Shown here: positions 1 to 9,055 of the stretch, one piece after another
Numbering within the stretch: the first letter of the stretch is position 1
How the letters are laid out: each line of letters starts with the position of its first letter
NCBI GenBank assembly: GCA_045660325.1
Contig: JAZRDO010000001.1
Span: 2,462 to 66,461 of the forward strand
Origin: Eubacteriales bacterium
GTDB lineage: Bacteria; Bacillota; Clostridia; Oscillospirales; CAG-272
Length of the DNA: 64,000 nucleotides
Direction of reading: 5' to 3'
Notes under the pieces: model-generated
Seen by the model: only the letters and a program-made list of their open reading frames with translations
The model's database searches: none
What the model was told of the DNA's origin: nothing
Position numbers and translations under genes: made by a program

Positions 1-548
1 AGCTCATCCGAAAGTATCTGCCCTATCTCACAAACCCCGTATTTTGACTCGGAGTCAACGTACCTATCACCGGTATAGGTATGCAGTATCAGGACGATTG
101 GACGACGAGAGCCCTTCTCGTAATATTTGGGCAACGTGACCGAAGCGGAATTCACAAACGATATGTCAAATACCGTATTGTTTACAACGCTCGGATACAC
201 CTTTGAAAAATCCTTATAAACTATGGAATTTTTGTCATTTGTAGGAGGAACCACAACACCTTGATCGTCCTCATCCGCCTCACCGTCCTGACTGCCGTTA
301 TCCGTGATCTCCTCGCCTTGCTCTCCGCTATTTTTATCGGGAGCCTCGCCCTCATTTTCATCATCAAGGATAGGGGTATCATTCCCGCCGTTCCCCGCCC
401 TAGCGATAGCGAATCCACTAGCTATCGCCGACGTAAGAACCGCTACACATAAAACGATAACAAGCGCGAGCCGTCTGATCTTCATAAAGTAAATCTCTTT
501 GCCGAACACTATTTTTTCAACCTCTTTTTTTCCGTGGAGTCTTCTCAT
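1..548 (-). CDS. N-terminal part of a membrane-anchored exported protein, possibly SpoIIP-like (3' end outside window)
   Basis: Own minus-strand translation from ATG (546-548, preceded by AAGGAGAAAAGC): MRRLHGKKEVEKIVFGKEIYFMKIRRLALVIVLCVAVLTSAIA..., an acidic linker, then ...RPIVLILHTYTGDRYVDSE.... The frame stays open to position 1, so it is absent from the ORF track. An alternative start is MKIRRL at 485. The HTYT stretch resembles the SpoIIP HTHxxE motif only weakly. Confidence 0.5.
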   Translation of the reverse strand, partial: MRRLHGKKEVEKIVFGKEIYFMKIRRLALVIVLCVAVLTSAIASGFAIARAGNGGNDTPILDDENEGEAPDKNSGEQGEEITDNGSQDGEADEDDQGVVVPPTNDKNSIVYKDFSKVYPSVVNNTVFDISFVNSASVTLPKYYEKGSRRPIVLILHTYTGDRYVDSESKYGVCEIGQILSDE

Positions 549-744
549 GCTTTTCTCCTTCCGTTTGTATTATCACTTCACAATATATTACAAAACAAGG
601 ATTTCTATACCTTACGTCGCCGTAAATTTGAAAATTGCGCATTAATATTTATATATAATAATAAAAAACAAAAGTGATTTTATACAAAGATATATATTCG
701 CAATTGTGCATTTAGACGAATATTATTTTATGTTCCTTAAATCT

Positions 745-773
745 ATTGATTTATTATTTTTTTTGTGTTACAA
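745..773 (+). promoter_or_regulatory. sigma-A type promoter for the family-5 SBP gene
   Basis: TTGATT (745-750), a 17-nt spacer, then TACAAT (768-773) with TGT immediately upstream (extended -10). Confidence 0.5.
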
Positions 774-841
774 TTATGGGAGCAAAAAGTTTATTTTTGA
801 TATATCGCACTACTTTCTTTTACGAGGAGGAAAACTCTATT

Positions 842-2881
842 ATGTTAAAGCGTATTATTGCTTTAGTACTCTGCGCCGCAACCTGTCTTTCGTTGTGCGT
901 AGGACTCGCATCCTGCAACAATAAGAAAAACGAAGACAAGGGACAGTCGGTTATCATGTATCTTCCCGACGTTATCTATGACCTTGATCCCGCTCACGCG
1001 TTCAACAACAAGAACACCGCGAGCATCGTAGGTCTTATGTTCGAGACACTCTTCAAGCTTAACGAAAACGGTAAGGTTAAGAAGGGTCTTGTTAAGGACT
1101 ATAAGATCATAGAGGACGAGTCCATCGGTGAATATAAGCTTGAGCTTGAGCTCCAGCAGACATATTGGTCCGACGGTGTATTGCTCTCCGCAAACGACGT
1201 TCTTTGGGCTTGGCAGCGCCTCCTCGACGTTGAGGCATCCTACGATGCCGCAGCTCTTCTCTTTGACATAAAGAATGCAAGAGCAGTAAAGACAGGTGAT
1301 GCTTCCCCTGACGACCTCGGTGTTACCGCCGACAATAACGTAGTTACAATTACGTTTGAAGGCAAGATCGACTACGATCAGTTTATGTATAACCTCACAA
1401 GCATCGCGCTCGCTCCTCTCCGCGAGGACATTGCGAACAAGGGTGACGACTGGGCAAAGAAACCCTCCACAATGGTTACAAGCGGCCCCTTCAAGCTTGG
1501 TAGAATCACATTTACAGATCCCAGATACGCGGACCGCGACGTAAAGTACGAGGACCCGATCTACTGTCCCGATGACGATCACAACTACAGAGAAAAGATC
1601 ATCTCCAGCTTCATTATAGAAAGAAACCCCTACTACTTCAGAGAAAGCGAAAAGAACCAGCGTCTCGATAAGTCCGTAACTCCTTACAGAATTATCGTTG
1701 ACTGCTCCCTTGACGACGAGGATATCCTCGCAGGCTACAACGAGGGCGCTATCCTTTATATGGGTGATATACCCTACTCTCTCAGAAACGAGTTCAGCAA
1801 GGTAAAGGTAGCCGACGCGCTCTCCACACATACGTTTATGTTCAACCAGAACGCTCTTATCGAAAACAAGAGCACGGGTGAGATGGAAGCCCTCTTCGCA
1901 AACAAGTCTGTAAGACAGGCTCTCTCTCTTGCTCTCGACCGCGAGTGGATAGCTGAAGAGATAGTTTACGGAAAGGTTGCTGAGGGCCTTGTTCCCTACG
2001 GCGCAACAACACATCTCAAGGCAAAGAAGTCGTTCCGTGAAACGTACACAAACAATGCTTATCTTACATACGATCTCGCAGCAGCAAAGAAGCTTCTCAA
2101 GGATGCCGATATTGATGCCTCCGATTACGAATTCTCAATTCAGGTTCCCGCTTACGACGACCGTCAGATCGCTATCGCACAGATCGCCGCAACCTGCTGG
2201 GGAGATCTCGACTTCAAGGTAACGGTTGAAAAGGTTGGTACGATCGAAAACAACGACCACTACCTCTATACAGACCTTTGTCATACTGATATGTGCGACG
2301 ATATTTACGCGGAAAATCTCCGTTACGGAAGATTTGAGGTAATTTCTCTTGACCTCTGCGCTACAAGTGCGGACGTATTCTCTATGCTCGCTCCCTTCGC
2401 AAAGGCATTCTCGGGTCAGGCTATCGACATTTCGGGTGATGACGACGAATACGAGCTTACTCCTCACATTTCGGGCTACGATTCCGAGGAATACAACACT
2501 ATTATGGAAGAGATCTTCGCCGAGAAGACAATAAAGAACAGAGCTGACAAGTATGCTCGCGCTGAGGAGATCCTTATGGAAGACCTTCCCGTTGTTCCTA
2601 CGGTTCACAATGAAAGCGCAACTCTCGTGTCCAAGAGCATCAACTGGCACGATCACTTCCTCTTCTTCCAGACTAAGAGCACGTACTACGACGACCACGT
2701 ATTCAACAAGCTCACAGTTAAGAACTACAAGAAGTACATAAAGAATCTCAAGGGCTTCATGAACGAGGAAAGATATCTTTACTACTCCAGCATTGAGAAC
2801 AAGTACCTCTACTCCTTCAAGGACTTCACTTACGAAGAGTTCCAAGCGGAAGTAACGATCTACGACTTTATATTCAACTAA
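842..2881 (+). CDS. ABC transporter substrate-binding lipoprotein, family 5 (OppA/DppA-like peptide/nickel type)
   Basis: The ORF track gives 746..2881. I prefer ATG 842, which has GAGGAGG upstream. MLKRIIALVLCAATCLSLCVGLASC is a signal peptide with lipobox LASC. The N-terminal region ...YDLDPAHAFNNKNTASIVGLMFETLFKLNENGKV... is typical of SBP family 5. Confidence 0.85.
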   Translation: MLKRIIALVLCAATCLSLCVGLASCNNKKNEDKGQSVIMYLPDVIYDLDPAHAFNNKNTASIVGLMFETLFKLNENGKVKKGLVKDYKIIEDESIGEYKLELELQQTYWSDGVLLSANDVLWAWQRLLDVEASYDAAALLFDIKNARAVKTGDASPDDLGVTADNNVVTITFEGKIDYDQFMYNLTSIALAPLREDIANKGDDWAKKPSTMVTSGPFKLGRITFTDPRYADRDVKYEDPIYCPDDDHNYREKIISSFIIERNPYYFRESEKNQRLDKSVTPYRIIVDCSLDDEDILAGYNEGAILYMGDIPYSLRNEFSKVKVADALSTHTFMFNQNALIENKSTGEMEALFANKSVRQALSLALDREWIAEEIVYGKVAEGLVPYGATTHLKAKKSFRETYTNNAYLTYDLAAAKKLLKDADIDASDYEFSIQVPAYDDRQIAIAQIAATCWGDLDFKVTVEKVGTIENNDHYLYTDLCHTDMCDDIYAENLRYGRFEVISLDLCATSADVFSMLAPFAKAFSGQAIDISGDDDEYELTPHISGYDSEEYNTIMEEIFAEKTIKNRADKYARAEEILMEDLPVVPTVHNESATLVSKSINWHDHFLFFQTKSTYYDDHVFNKLTVKNYKKYIKNLKGFMNEERYLYYSSIENKYLYSFKDFTYEEFQAEVTIYDFIFN

Positions 2882-2969
2882 TTGGACTGTGTTCTTTTGC
2901 GTAGAACAAAAGCCACGATACAATTAGCTTTGAACAACCAAAATTAAAGCTAATATTCTTTTAATGTTG

Positions 2970-3000
2970 AAACCCGCCGATGTCGGCGGGTTTCTTCTTA
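2970..3000 (+). terminator. Rho-independent terminator
   Basis: CCCGCCG-atgt-CGGCGGG hairpin followed by TTTCTTCTT. Confidence 0.7.
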
Positions 3001-3130
3001 TGTGGCTTTTTAGCCGCGCTGAGGCTCTCTGCCGTACCCTCGTACGGCTACGATTGCCCCATCGCGTCTTCTACATCAAAATAACGCAGTCCTGTTCTAT
3101 TGAATTTTATAACTGTGTTCTTTTCAATAT

Positions 3131-3165
3131 CCGCCGAGCAAAACGCTCGGCGGTGCTTTTATTTA
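3131..3165 (+). terminator. Second rho-independent terminator
   Basis: CCGCCGAGC-aaaac-GCTCGGCGG hairpin followed by TGCTTTTATTT. Confidence 0.65.
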
Positions 3166-3199
3166 TATAATAAAAAGGAAATATTTTTTTGAAAAAGCA

Positions 3200-3228
3200 T
3201 AGACAAGGCAAAACTTATGTGATATAAT
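3200..3228 (+). promoter_or_regulatory. sigma-A type promoter
   Basis: TAGACA (3200-3205), 17 nt, TATAAT (3223-3228), about 45 nt upstream of the MBL hydrolase gene. Confidence 0.55.
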
Positions 3229-3273
3229 ATACAATGTATAAATATGTAAAAACATAAGCTTACGGAGGTACAA

Positions 3274-3891
3274 ATGCAGATCACCAACCTCTTGCCAAGC
3301 TCATTTGGCGCAAACTGCTATATTATATCCGATTCCTCACACGCGGCGGTCATCGACCCCTCGGTTTCGGTCAAGGGTATTCTCAATTTTTTAAAGGAAA
3401 ATGACCTGACGCTTGATTATATCATCCTGACTCACGGTCATTTTGACCATATGCTTTCGCTCAACGGTCTCAAGGAGGAAACGGGAGCTCCCGCCTACAT
3501 CCATAAGGACGATGCGGAAAATCTTGCCGACGGAAGAAAAAATGCCTTCGCGCTCTTCTTCGGTCAAAACAGATCCTTCTCTCCCTGCGAGAAGCTTCTC
3601 TCTCACGGAGACAGTCTTCCTCTTGGCGAAATCACACTTGATATAATTCACACCCCGGGACACACAAAGGGCGGAATTTGTATCAAGGCGGGCGACGCGC
3701 TCTTTACGGGAGATACGATATTTGCCGAATCCTACGGCAGATGCGACCTCTACGGAGGCAACTACGCAACCCTGCGTTCTTCTCTTAAATATCTCCGCGA
3801 ATACAACGCGGGCAAGGATCTTACGATCTATCCCGGACACGGCGGCGAGGCGAAGCTTGACGTAGCGCTTGACATAGTAGAATATTTATAA
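3274..3891 (+). CDS. MBL-fold metallo-hydrolase (glyoxalase II-like)
   Basis: HxHxDH motif (THGHFDHM) and a downstream HTPGHT. GGAGG RBS. Confidence 0.85.
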   Translation: MQITNLLPSSFGANCYIISDSSHAAVIDPSVSVKGILNFLKENDLTLDYIILTHGHFDHMLSLNGLKEETGAPAYIHKDDAENLADGRKNAFALFFGQNRSFSPCEKLLSHGDSLPLGEITLDIIHTPGHTKGGICIKAGDALFTGDTIFAESYGRCDLYGGNYATLRSSLKYLREYNAGKDLTIYPGHGGEAKLDVALDIVEYL

Positions 3892-3917
3892 CTTATATAA
3901 ATCGAAAGGACACAAAA

Positions 3918-5606
3918 ATGGATTTCAATTATCTTGCTGAATTACTTTTCCCCAATATAAAGACACTCCCCTCCGATATGGAAGAGAGATATCCTGCGCG
4001 CAATCTTCCCGAGGGCGCAAAGGTAACAAGATTCGCTCCCTCCCCTACGGGCTTCGTTCACTTCGGCGGACTTTTCCCCTCAACAGTAGGCGAGCGTCTC
4101 GCTCATCAGTCTGGCGGCGTTTTCTACCTTCGAATTGAGGACACAGACGCCAAGCGCGAGGTTGCAGGCGCGGCTGAAGGACTTATCAAGACACTTGCAA
4201 AATACGGCATCAACTTCGACGAGGGCGCGATCCTTGACGAAAACGGTCAAGTAAGCGACCACGGCATATACGGCCCCTACAAGCAGAGTCAGAGAGGCGA
4301 GATCTATCAGACGTATGCAAAGCAGCTCGTTCGCGAGGGCAAGGCGTACCCCTGCTTTACGACCGCAGAAGAGCTTGACGAATTACAGGCAGTAAACAAG
4401 AAGGAAGAAATAAAGAACACCGACTGGGCGGCAGAGGCACAGAAAAAGAAGGAAGAAATGCTCCGACAGAGAGAGTTCACTATCGAAGAGGTAGAAGAAC
4501 ACTTGGCGGCAGGCCACCCCTTCGTGCTTCGTATCTTAGCTGACGGCGACATTGAAAAGAAAGTAAAGTTTACCGACCTTGTAAAGGGCAACCTTGAAAT
4601 TCCCGAACACGACGAGGACTTCGTTCTCTTAAAGTCCGACGGAATTCCCACGTACCACTTTGCTCACGCGGTTGACGATCATCTTATGGGCACTACCCAC
4701 GTTATTCGCGGCGAGGAATGGCTCCCCAGCCTTGCTAAGCACATTCAGCTCTTCAGATACCTCGGCTTCAAGCTTCCTAAGTATATGCACATTGCGCAGA
4801 TCATGCGCCTTGATGAGAACGGTAACAAGAAGAAGCTCTCAAAGCGTGATATGGGCGCAAATATGGACGACTACACACGTATGGGATACGCTCCCGAATG
4901 TGTTTGCGAATACGTTATGACACTCCTCAACTCAAACTACGAGGAATGGCACGCGCAGAATGTGGACAAGCCCTACACAGAATTCCCCTTCAATATCAAG
5001 AAAATGTCCACGTCGGGCTGTCTTTTCAACTTTGAAAAGCTCAACGACGTTTCAAAGAATATTATCTCTCGCATGACTGCAAAGGAAGTAACCGAAAAAG
5101 TTACTGCATGGGCTCTTGAATTTGATCCCGAATTCGGCGCAGCACTTTCAAAGAACCCCGCATTCACAGAGAAGATCTTCGCTATCGGTCGCGGTGGCAA
5201 GAAGCCCCGTAAGGACCTTGCAACATGGGCGGATGCGAAGCCCTATATGTCCTTCTTCTTCGACGAATTCTTCAAGATCGAGGAAGAATATCCCGAAAAG
5301 TTCGAAAAGACGGATATTATTACAACACTTGAAAGATTCACCGCTGTATACGACGAGAACGACGATATGAACACCTGGTTTGAAAAGGTAAAGTCGATCG
5401 CAGAGTCTCTCGGATACACCTCCGATATGAAGGCTTATAAGGCTGATCCCACAGCCTTCCGCGGTAACGTTGCAGATATCAGTATGTTTATCCGTGTAGC
5501 CGTTACTGGCAAGACTAACGCCCCCGACCTCTACACAGTTATGCAGATCATCGGCCGTGAAGCGACACTTAATCGCATCGGCGCTATGATCGAAAGACTT
5601 AAATAA
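3918..5606 (+). CDS. gltX: Glutamate--tRNA ligase (long 562-aa form)
   Basis: Class I aaRS signatures: PSPTGFVHFGG (HIGH-type) and KLSKR (KMSKS-type). YLRIEDTD motif. Confidence 0.9.
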   Translation: MDFNYLAELLFPNIKTLPSDMEERYPARNLPEGAKVTRFAPSPTGFVHFGGLFPSTVGERLAHQSGGVFYLRIEDTDAKREVAGAAEGLIKTLAKYGINFDEGAILDENGQVSDHGIYGPYKQSQRGEIYQTYAKQLVREGKAYPCFTTAEELDELQAVNKKEEIKNTDWAAEAQKKKEEMLRQREFTIEEVEEHLAAGHPFVLRILADGDIEKKVKFTDLVKGNLEIPEHDEDFVLLKSDGIPTYHFAHAVDDHLMGTTHVIRGEEWLPSLAKHIQLFRYLGFKLPKYMHIAQIMRLDENGNKKKLSKRDMGANMDDYTRMGYAPECVCEYVMTLLNSNYEEWHAQNVDKPYTEFPFNIKKMSTSGCLFNFEKLNDVSKNIISRMTAKEVTEKVTAWALEFDPEFGAALSKNPAFTEKIFAIGRGGKKPRKDLATWADAKPYMSFFFDEFFKIEEEYPEKFEKTDIITTLERFTAVYDENDDMNTWFEKVKSIAESLGYTSDMKAYKADPTAFRGNVADISMFIRVAVTGKTNAPDLYTVMQIIGREATLNRIGAMIERLK

Positions 5607-5626
5607 TTTAGAAATGGAGTATTAAA

Positions 5627-7288
5627 ATGTCCGAAGAAATTATTGCTGGTAATTTTATACACGATATTATCGACGGGGATTTAAATGAAAATCCCGATCT
5701 CAAAATACACACTCGATTCCCTCCCGAGCCTAACGGATACCTCCATATCGGCTCTGTAAAGGCGATCTGTGTAAATACTGACGTAGCAAACAAGTATAAC
5801 GGCCTTTTCAATCTCCGTTACGATGACACAAATCCCGCAAAGGAATCCGATGAATTCGTTCGTTCCATCCGTGAGGACCTTGAATGGCTCGGCGCAACAC
5901 CCACAGGCGGCGTTTTCTACGGCTCCGACTATTTCGGCAAATGCTACGAATTTGCAGTACAGCTCATCCGTCAGGGCGACGCGTACGTTTGCGATCTCTC
6001 CAAGGATGACCTTGCTGACTACAAGGGTACTGACCGCGCAATTGCAGGTAAGGAATCCCCCTACCGTAACCGCTCCGTAGAGGAAAACCTCGATCTTTTT
6101 GAAAGAATGAAAAACGGCGAATTTGCCGACGGCGCTCGCACGCTCCGCGCTAAGATCGACCCCACAAGCGACAACCCTTATCTCCGCGACCCCGTAATTT
6201 ACAGAATCAAGCACATTCATCATCACCGTCAGGGCGACACGTGGTGCGTATATCCTATGTACGACTTCGCTCATCCCATTCAGGACGCGCTCGAGGGTAT
6301 TACACACTCCCTCTGCTCCAGCGAATTCCGTAACCATCGCCCTCTCTACGACTGGGTAGTAGAAAAGATCGGCTTCGCTCAGAAGCCTCATCAGTGGGAA
6401 TTCGGCAGAATGAATATCACGTACACGGTTATGTCCAAGAGATATCTCCGTCAGCTCGTTGAGGAAAATCACGTTGACGGCTGGGACGACCCCCGTCTCC
6501 CCACTCTCTGCGGTCTCCGTCGCCGTGGCTACACTCCCGCAGCTCTCTTTACGTTCGTTCGTGAGGCGGGTGTTACAAACACAGACCACACAGTTGACGT
6601 TCGTCAGCTTGAGGCTTGCGTGCGCGACGATCTCAACGAAAATGCTTTGCGCAGGGTTGCGATCGCAAATCCCATAAAGGTTATTATCGACAACTATCCC
6701 GAGGACAAGGAGGAGATGATCTCTCTTCCCAACCATCCTCAGAAGGAGGAGCTCGGTCGCCGCGACGTGCCTATGACACGCGAGATCTACATTGATGCGG
6801 ACGACTTTGCTGAGGTTCCGCCTCCCAAGTTCTTCCGTCTTAAGCCCGACGGCGAGGTTCGTCTTATGGGCGGATATATTATCAAGTACGCGGGAATTGA
6901 AAAGAACGAGGACGGCTCTATCAAGTGCATCCACGCGACAGCGGACCTTGAAACAGGTAACGGCAATCCCATCGACGGTAGAAAGATCAAGGGCACTATC
7001 CATTGGCTCTCCGCAAAGTATGCAAAGCCCGCCTCCATTATGCTCTACGACAGACTCTTCAATATTGAAAACACCGCAGAGGTTCCCGAGGGTAAGACAT
7101 ACCTCGACTTCCTCAATCCCGACTCCTTGACAAGAATCGACGGCGCTATGGTTGAGCCCTGCCTTGACACAGCTGCTGCGGGAGAAAGATTCCAGTTCGT
7201 AAGAATGGGTTATTTCTGCAAGGATACAAAGCACGAGGGCGTATTCAACAGAGTCGTTTCCCTCAAGGACAGCTTTCCCAAGAAGTAA
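5627..7288 (+). CDS. glnS: Glutamine--tRNA ligase
   Basis: RFPPEPNGYLHIGS (HIGH) and VMSKR (KMSKS). LRYDDTNP. About 550 aa, typical of GlnRS. Confidence 0.93.
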   Translation: MSEEIIAGNFIHDIIDGDLNENPDLKIHTRFPPEPNGYLHIGSVKAICVNTDVANKYNGLFNLRYDDTNPAKESDEFVRSIREDLEWLGATPTGGVFYGSDYFGKCYEFAVQLIRQGDAYVCDLSKDDLADYKGTDRAIAGKESPYRNRSVEENLDLFERMKNGEFADGARTLRAKIDPTSDNPYLRDPVIYRIKHIHHHRQGDTWCVYPMYDFAHPIQDALEGITHSLCSSEFRNHRPLYDWVVEKIGFAQKPHQWEFGRMNITYTVMSKRYLRQLVEENHVDGWDDPRLPTLCGLRRRGYTPAALFTFVREAGVTNTDHTVDVRQLEACVRDDLNENALRRVAIANPIKVIIDNYPEDKEEMISLPNHPQKEELGRRDVPMTREIYIDADDFAEVPPPKFFRLKPDGEVRLMGGYIIKYAGIEKNEDGSIKCIHATADLETGNGNPIDGRKIKGTIHWLSAKYAKPASIMLYDRLFNIENTAEVPEGKTYLDFLNPDSLTRIDGAMVEPCLDTAAAGERFQFVRMGYFCKDTKHEGVFNRVVSLKDSFPKK

Positions 7289-7297
7289 GGTGACGGT

Positions 7298-7606
7298 ATG
7301 CTGGAATTCATAATTCAACGCCCCATACTTTCCGCGATAATAATATATCTTCTTATAATGTCGGTCGTGGCGATAATCACGTGCGTATACGACAAGAGGA
7401 TATCAAAAAAGAACCGCGTTGAGCTTCGCGTCCCCGAGCGTGGACTTATGATCATTTCCGCTATCGGCGGTAGCGTTGCGATGCTCATCACAATGCTTCT
7501 TATAAGGCACAAGACCAAGCACGTAAAATTTATGCTCGGCATTCCCGTAATTATCGTCGTTCAAGCGGCAATTATCGGTTTGCTTATATATTTCGGTGTA
7601 ATTTGA
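7298..7606 (+). CDS. DUF1294-type small membrane protein
   Basis: 102 aa with three hydrophobic segments. The YDKRxSKKNxxRVPE pattern is one I associate with DUF1294. Confidence 0.7.
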   Translation: MLEFIIQRPILSAIIIYLLIMSVVAIITCVYDKRISKKNRVELRVPERGLMIISAIGGSVAMLITMLLIRHKTKHVKFMLGIPVIIVVQAAIIGLLIYFGVI

Positions 7607-7621
7607 TTGTGAAATTTATAC

Positions 7622-7651
7622 AAAAACCGTCGCCTTGTGCGGCGGTTTTTT
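7622..7651 (+). terminator. Rho-independent terminator
   Basis: AAAAACCGTCGCC-ttgt-GCGGCGGTTTTTT. Confidence 0.75.
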
Positions 7652-7665
7652 GACAAAATTTACAC

Positions 7666-7694
7666 TTGCAAAAAATGAACACGAGTGTTATAAT
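7666..7694 (+). promoter_or_regulatory. sigma-A type promoter of the pheST leader
   Basis: TTGCAA (7666-7671), 17 nt, TATAAT (7689-7694), with TGT upstream. Confidence 0.6.
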
Positions 7695-7700
7695 ATAATA

Positions 7701-7970
7701 GATAAATGAAGAAAAGCTATGATGAAGTTGGCGTCTTCTCAAGGTGTATCACAGAGAGTCTGCGTTCGGTGCGAGCAGATATATACAGAGATGATCGCAT
7801 TTCCCTTCGGAGCTTGTCGGGTCAAATTTCAGTAGCTCGACACGGCGGACACCGTTAGCAGTCAATCAAAGTGTTGGCTTTGAAATACAGGTCAAAATGT
7901 GGGTGGTACCACGGAAAACTATGCTTTTTCGTCCCGTTTCTCAAAAAGAGAGACAGGGGCTTTTTTATTT
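7701..7970 (+). promoter_or_regulatory. T-box leader (tRNA-Phe sensing) with terminator
   Basis: AGAGAG and GGTGCGA stem-I elements (7754-7775). UUC triplets at 7801-7808 in the candidate specifier region. T-box sequence AAATGTGGGTGGTACCACGG (7895-7914). Hairpin plus T-run at 7932-7966. Located directly upstream of pheS. Confidence 0.8.
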
Positions 7971-8010
7971 ATAAAAAATAAATTCACATAAAGCTTGAAA
8001 GGATACGACG

Positions 8011-9033
8011 ATGAAAGAAACATTGATCAAGATCAAAGCGGAGGCGCTTGAGGTAATTAACGCTCCCGAAACAAACGACGCGACTCTCGAGGCCGCAAGA
8101 GTTAAGTATCTCGGTAAGAAGGGCGAGCTTACGAGCGTTCTTCGTATGATGGGTAAGCTTACTCCCGAGGAAAGACCCATTATCGGTCAGCTTGCAAACG
8201 AGGTAAGAGCCGCTATCGAAGAAGCAATTGCGGAAAAGAAGGCAATTCTCGCAGAGAAGGCTCTTGAAGAAAAGCTTGTAAACGAAAAGCTCGACGTAAC
8301 GATGCCCGGCAAGGTGCAGAAGATCGGTCACCGCCATCCTCTCACACTCGTCCAGCGCGACCTTGAAGATATTTTTATCGGTATGGGCTTCTCCATAGTT
8401 GAAGGTCCCGAGGTTGAGTACGACTACTACAACTTCCAGGCGCTCAACATTCCCGAAAATCATCCCGCGCGCGACACACAGGACACATTCTATATTACGG
8501 ACAATATTCTTCTTCGTTCCCAGACCTCTCCCGTTCAGGCGAGAACAATGGAAAAGCAGAAGCCCCCGATCCGCATCATCTCCCCCGGCCGCGTTTACAG
8601 AAGCGACGCTATGGACGCGACACACTCCCCTCTCTTCCATCAGATGGAAGGTCTCGTAGTTGACGAGGGAATCACGATGGGCGACCTTAAGGGCATGCTT
8701 GAAACGTTCGCTAAGACCGAGTTCGGCGAGGATACAAGAATTCGTTTCCGTCCCCACCACTTCCCCTTCACTGAACCCTCCGCAGAGGTTGATATCTCCT
8801 GCTTTATGTGTGGCGGTAAGGGCTGCAGACTTTGTAAGGGCGAGGGCTGGATCGAGATCCTCGGCGCAGGTATGGTTCACCCCAACGTGCTTTCCATGTG
8901 CGGAATCGACCCCGAAAAGTACTCAGGCTTTGCATTCGGTATGGGCGTTGAAAGAATCGCTATGCTCAAGTACCACATCGACGACATCCGTCATTTCTAC
9001 GAGAATGACGTAAGATTCATCGAGCAGTTTTAA
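8011..9033 (+). CDS. pheS: Phenylalanine--tRNA ligase alpha subunit
   Basis: Class II motifs, e.g. [16 protein letters not shown] and [13 protein letters not shown]. Confidence 0.95.
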   Translation: MKETLIKIKAEALEVINAPETNDATLEAARVKYLGKKGELTSVLRMMGKLTPEERPIIGQLANEVRAAIEEAIAEKKAILAEKALEEKLVNEKLDVTMPGKVQKIGHRHPLTLVQRDLEDIFIGMGFSIVEGPEVEYDYYNFQALNIPENHPARDTQDTFYITDNILLRSQTSPVQARTMEKQKPPIRIISPGRVYRSDAMDATHSPLFHQMEGLVVDEGITMGDLKGMLETFAKTEFGEDTRIRFRPHHFPFTEPSAEVDISCFMCGGKGCRLCKGEGWIEILGAGMVHPNVLSMCGIDPEKYSGFAFGMGVERIAMLKYHIDDIRHFYENDVRFIEQF

Positions 9034-9055
9034 TTTTGAAAGGTAGGTAAATACA

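Noticed and set aside
2964-3170. 68-aa plus-strand ORF between two terminators.
   Set aside because: It spans a terminator hairpin, has no RBS, and has an implausible composition.
5681-7318. 545-aa minus-strand ORF fully overlapping glnS. Similar cases: 863..2014, 2135..2923, 7984..8880, 9185..9886 and 10355..11356 on the minus strand; 20395..21108, 21412..22341, 23191..23952, 27649..28425, 28492..29718, 44140..44721, 46105..46713, 47839..49617, 51327..52103, 55198..55992, 56050..58137, 60532..61140, 61363..62679 and 62930..63709 on the plus strand.
   Set aside because: All lie opposite genes with unmistakable family motifs. The eight I checked (863..2014, 5681..7318, 7984..8880, 10355..11356, 28492..29718, 47839..49617, 56050..58137, 61363..62679) are in the codon-aligned antisense frame. 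Their translations are Val, Cys, Arg and Leu-rich with no recognisable motif. They are shadows of TTA/CTA/TCA avoidance.
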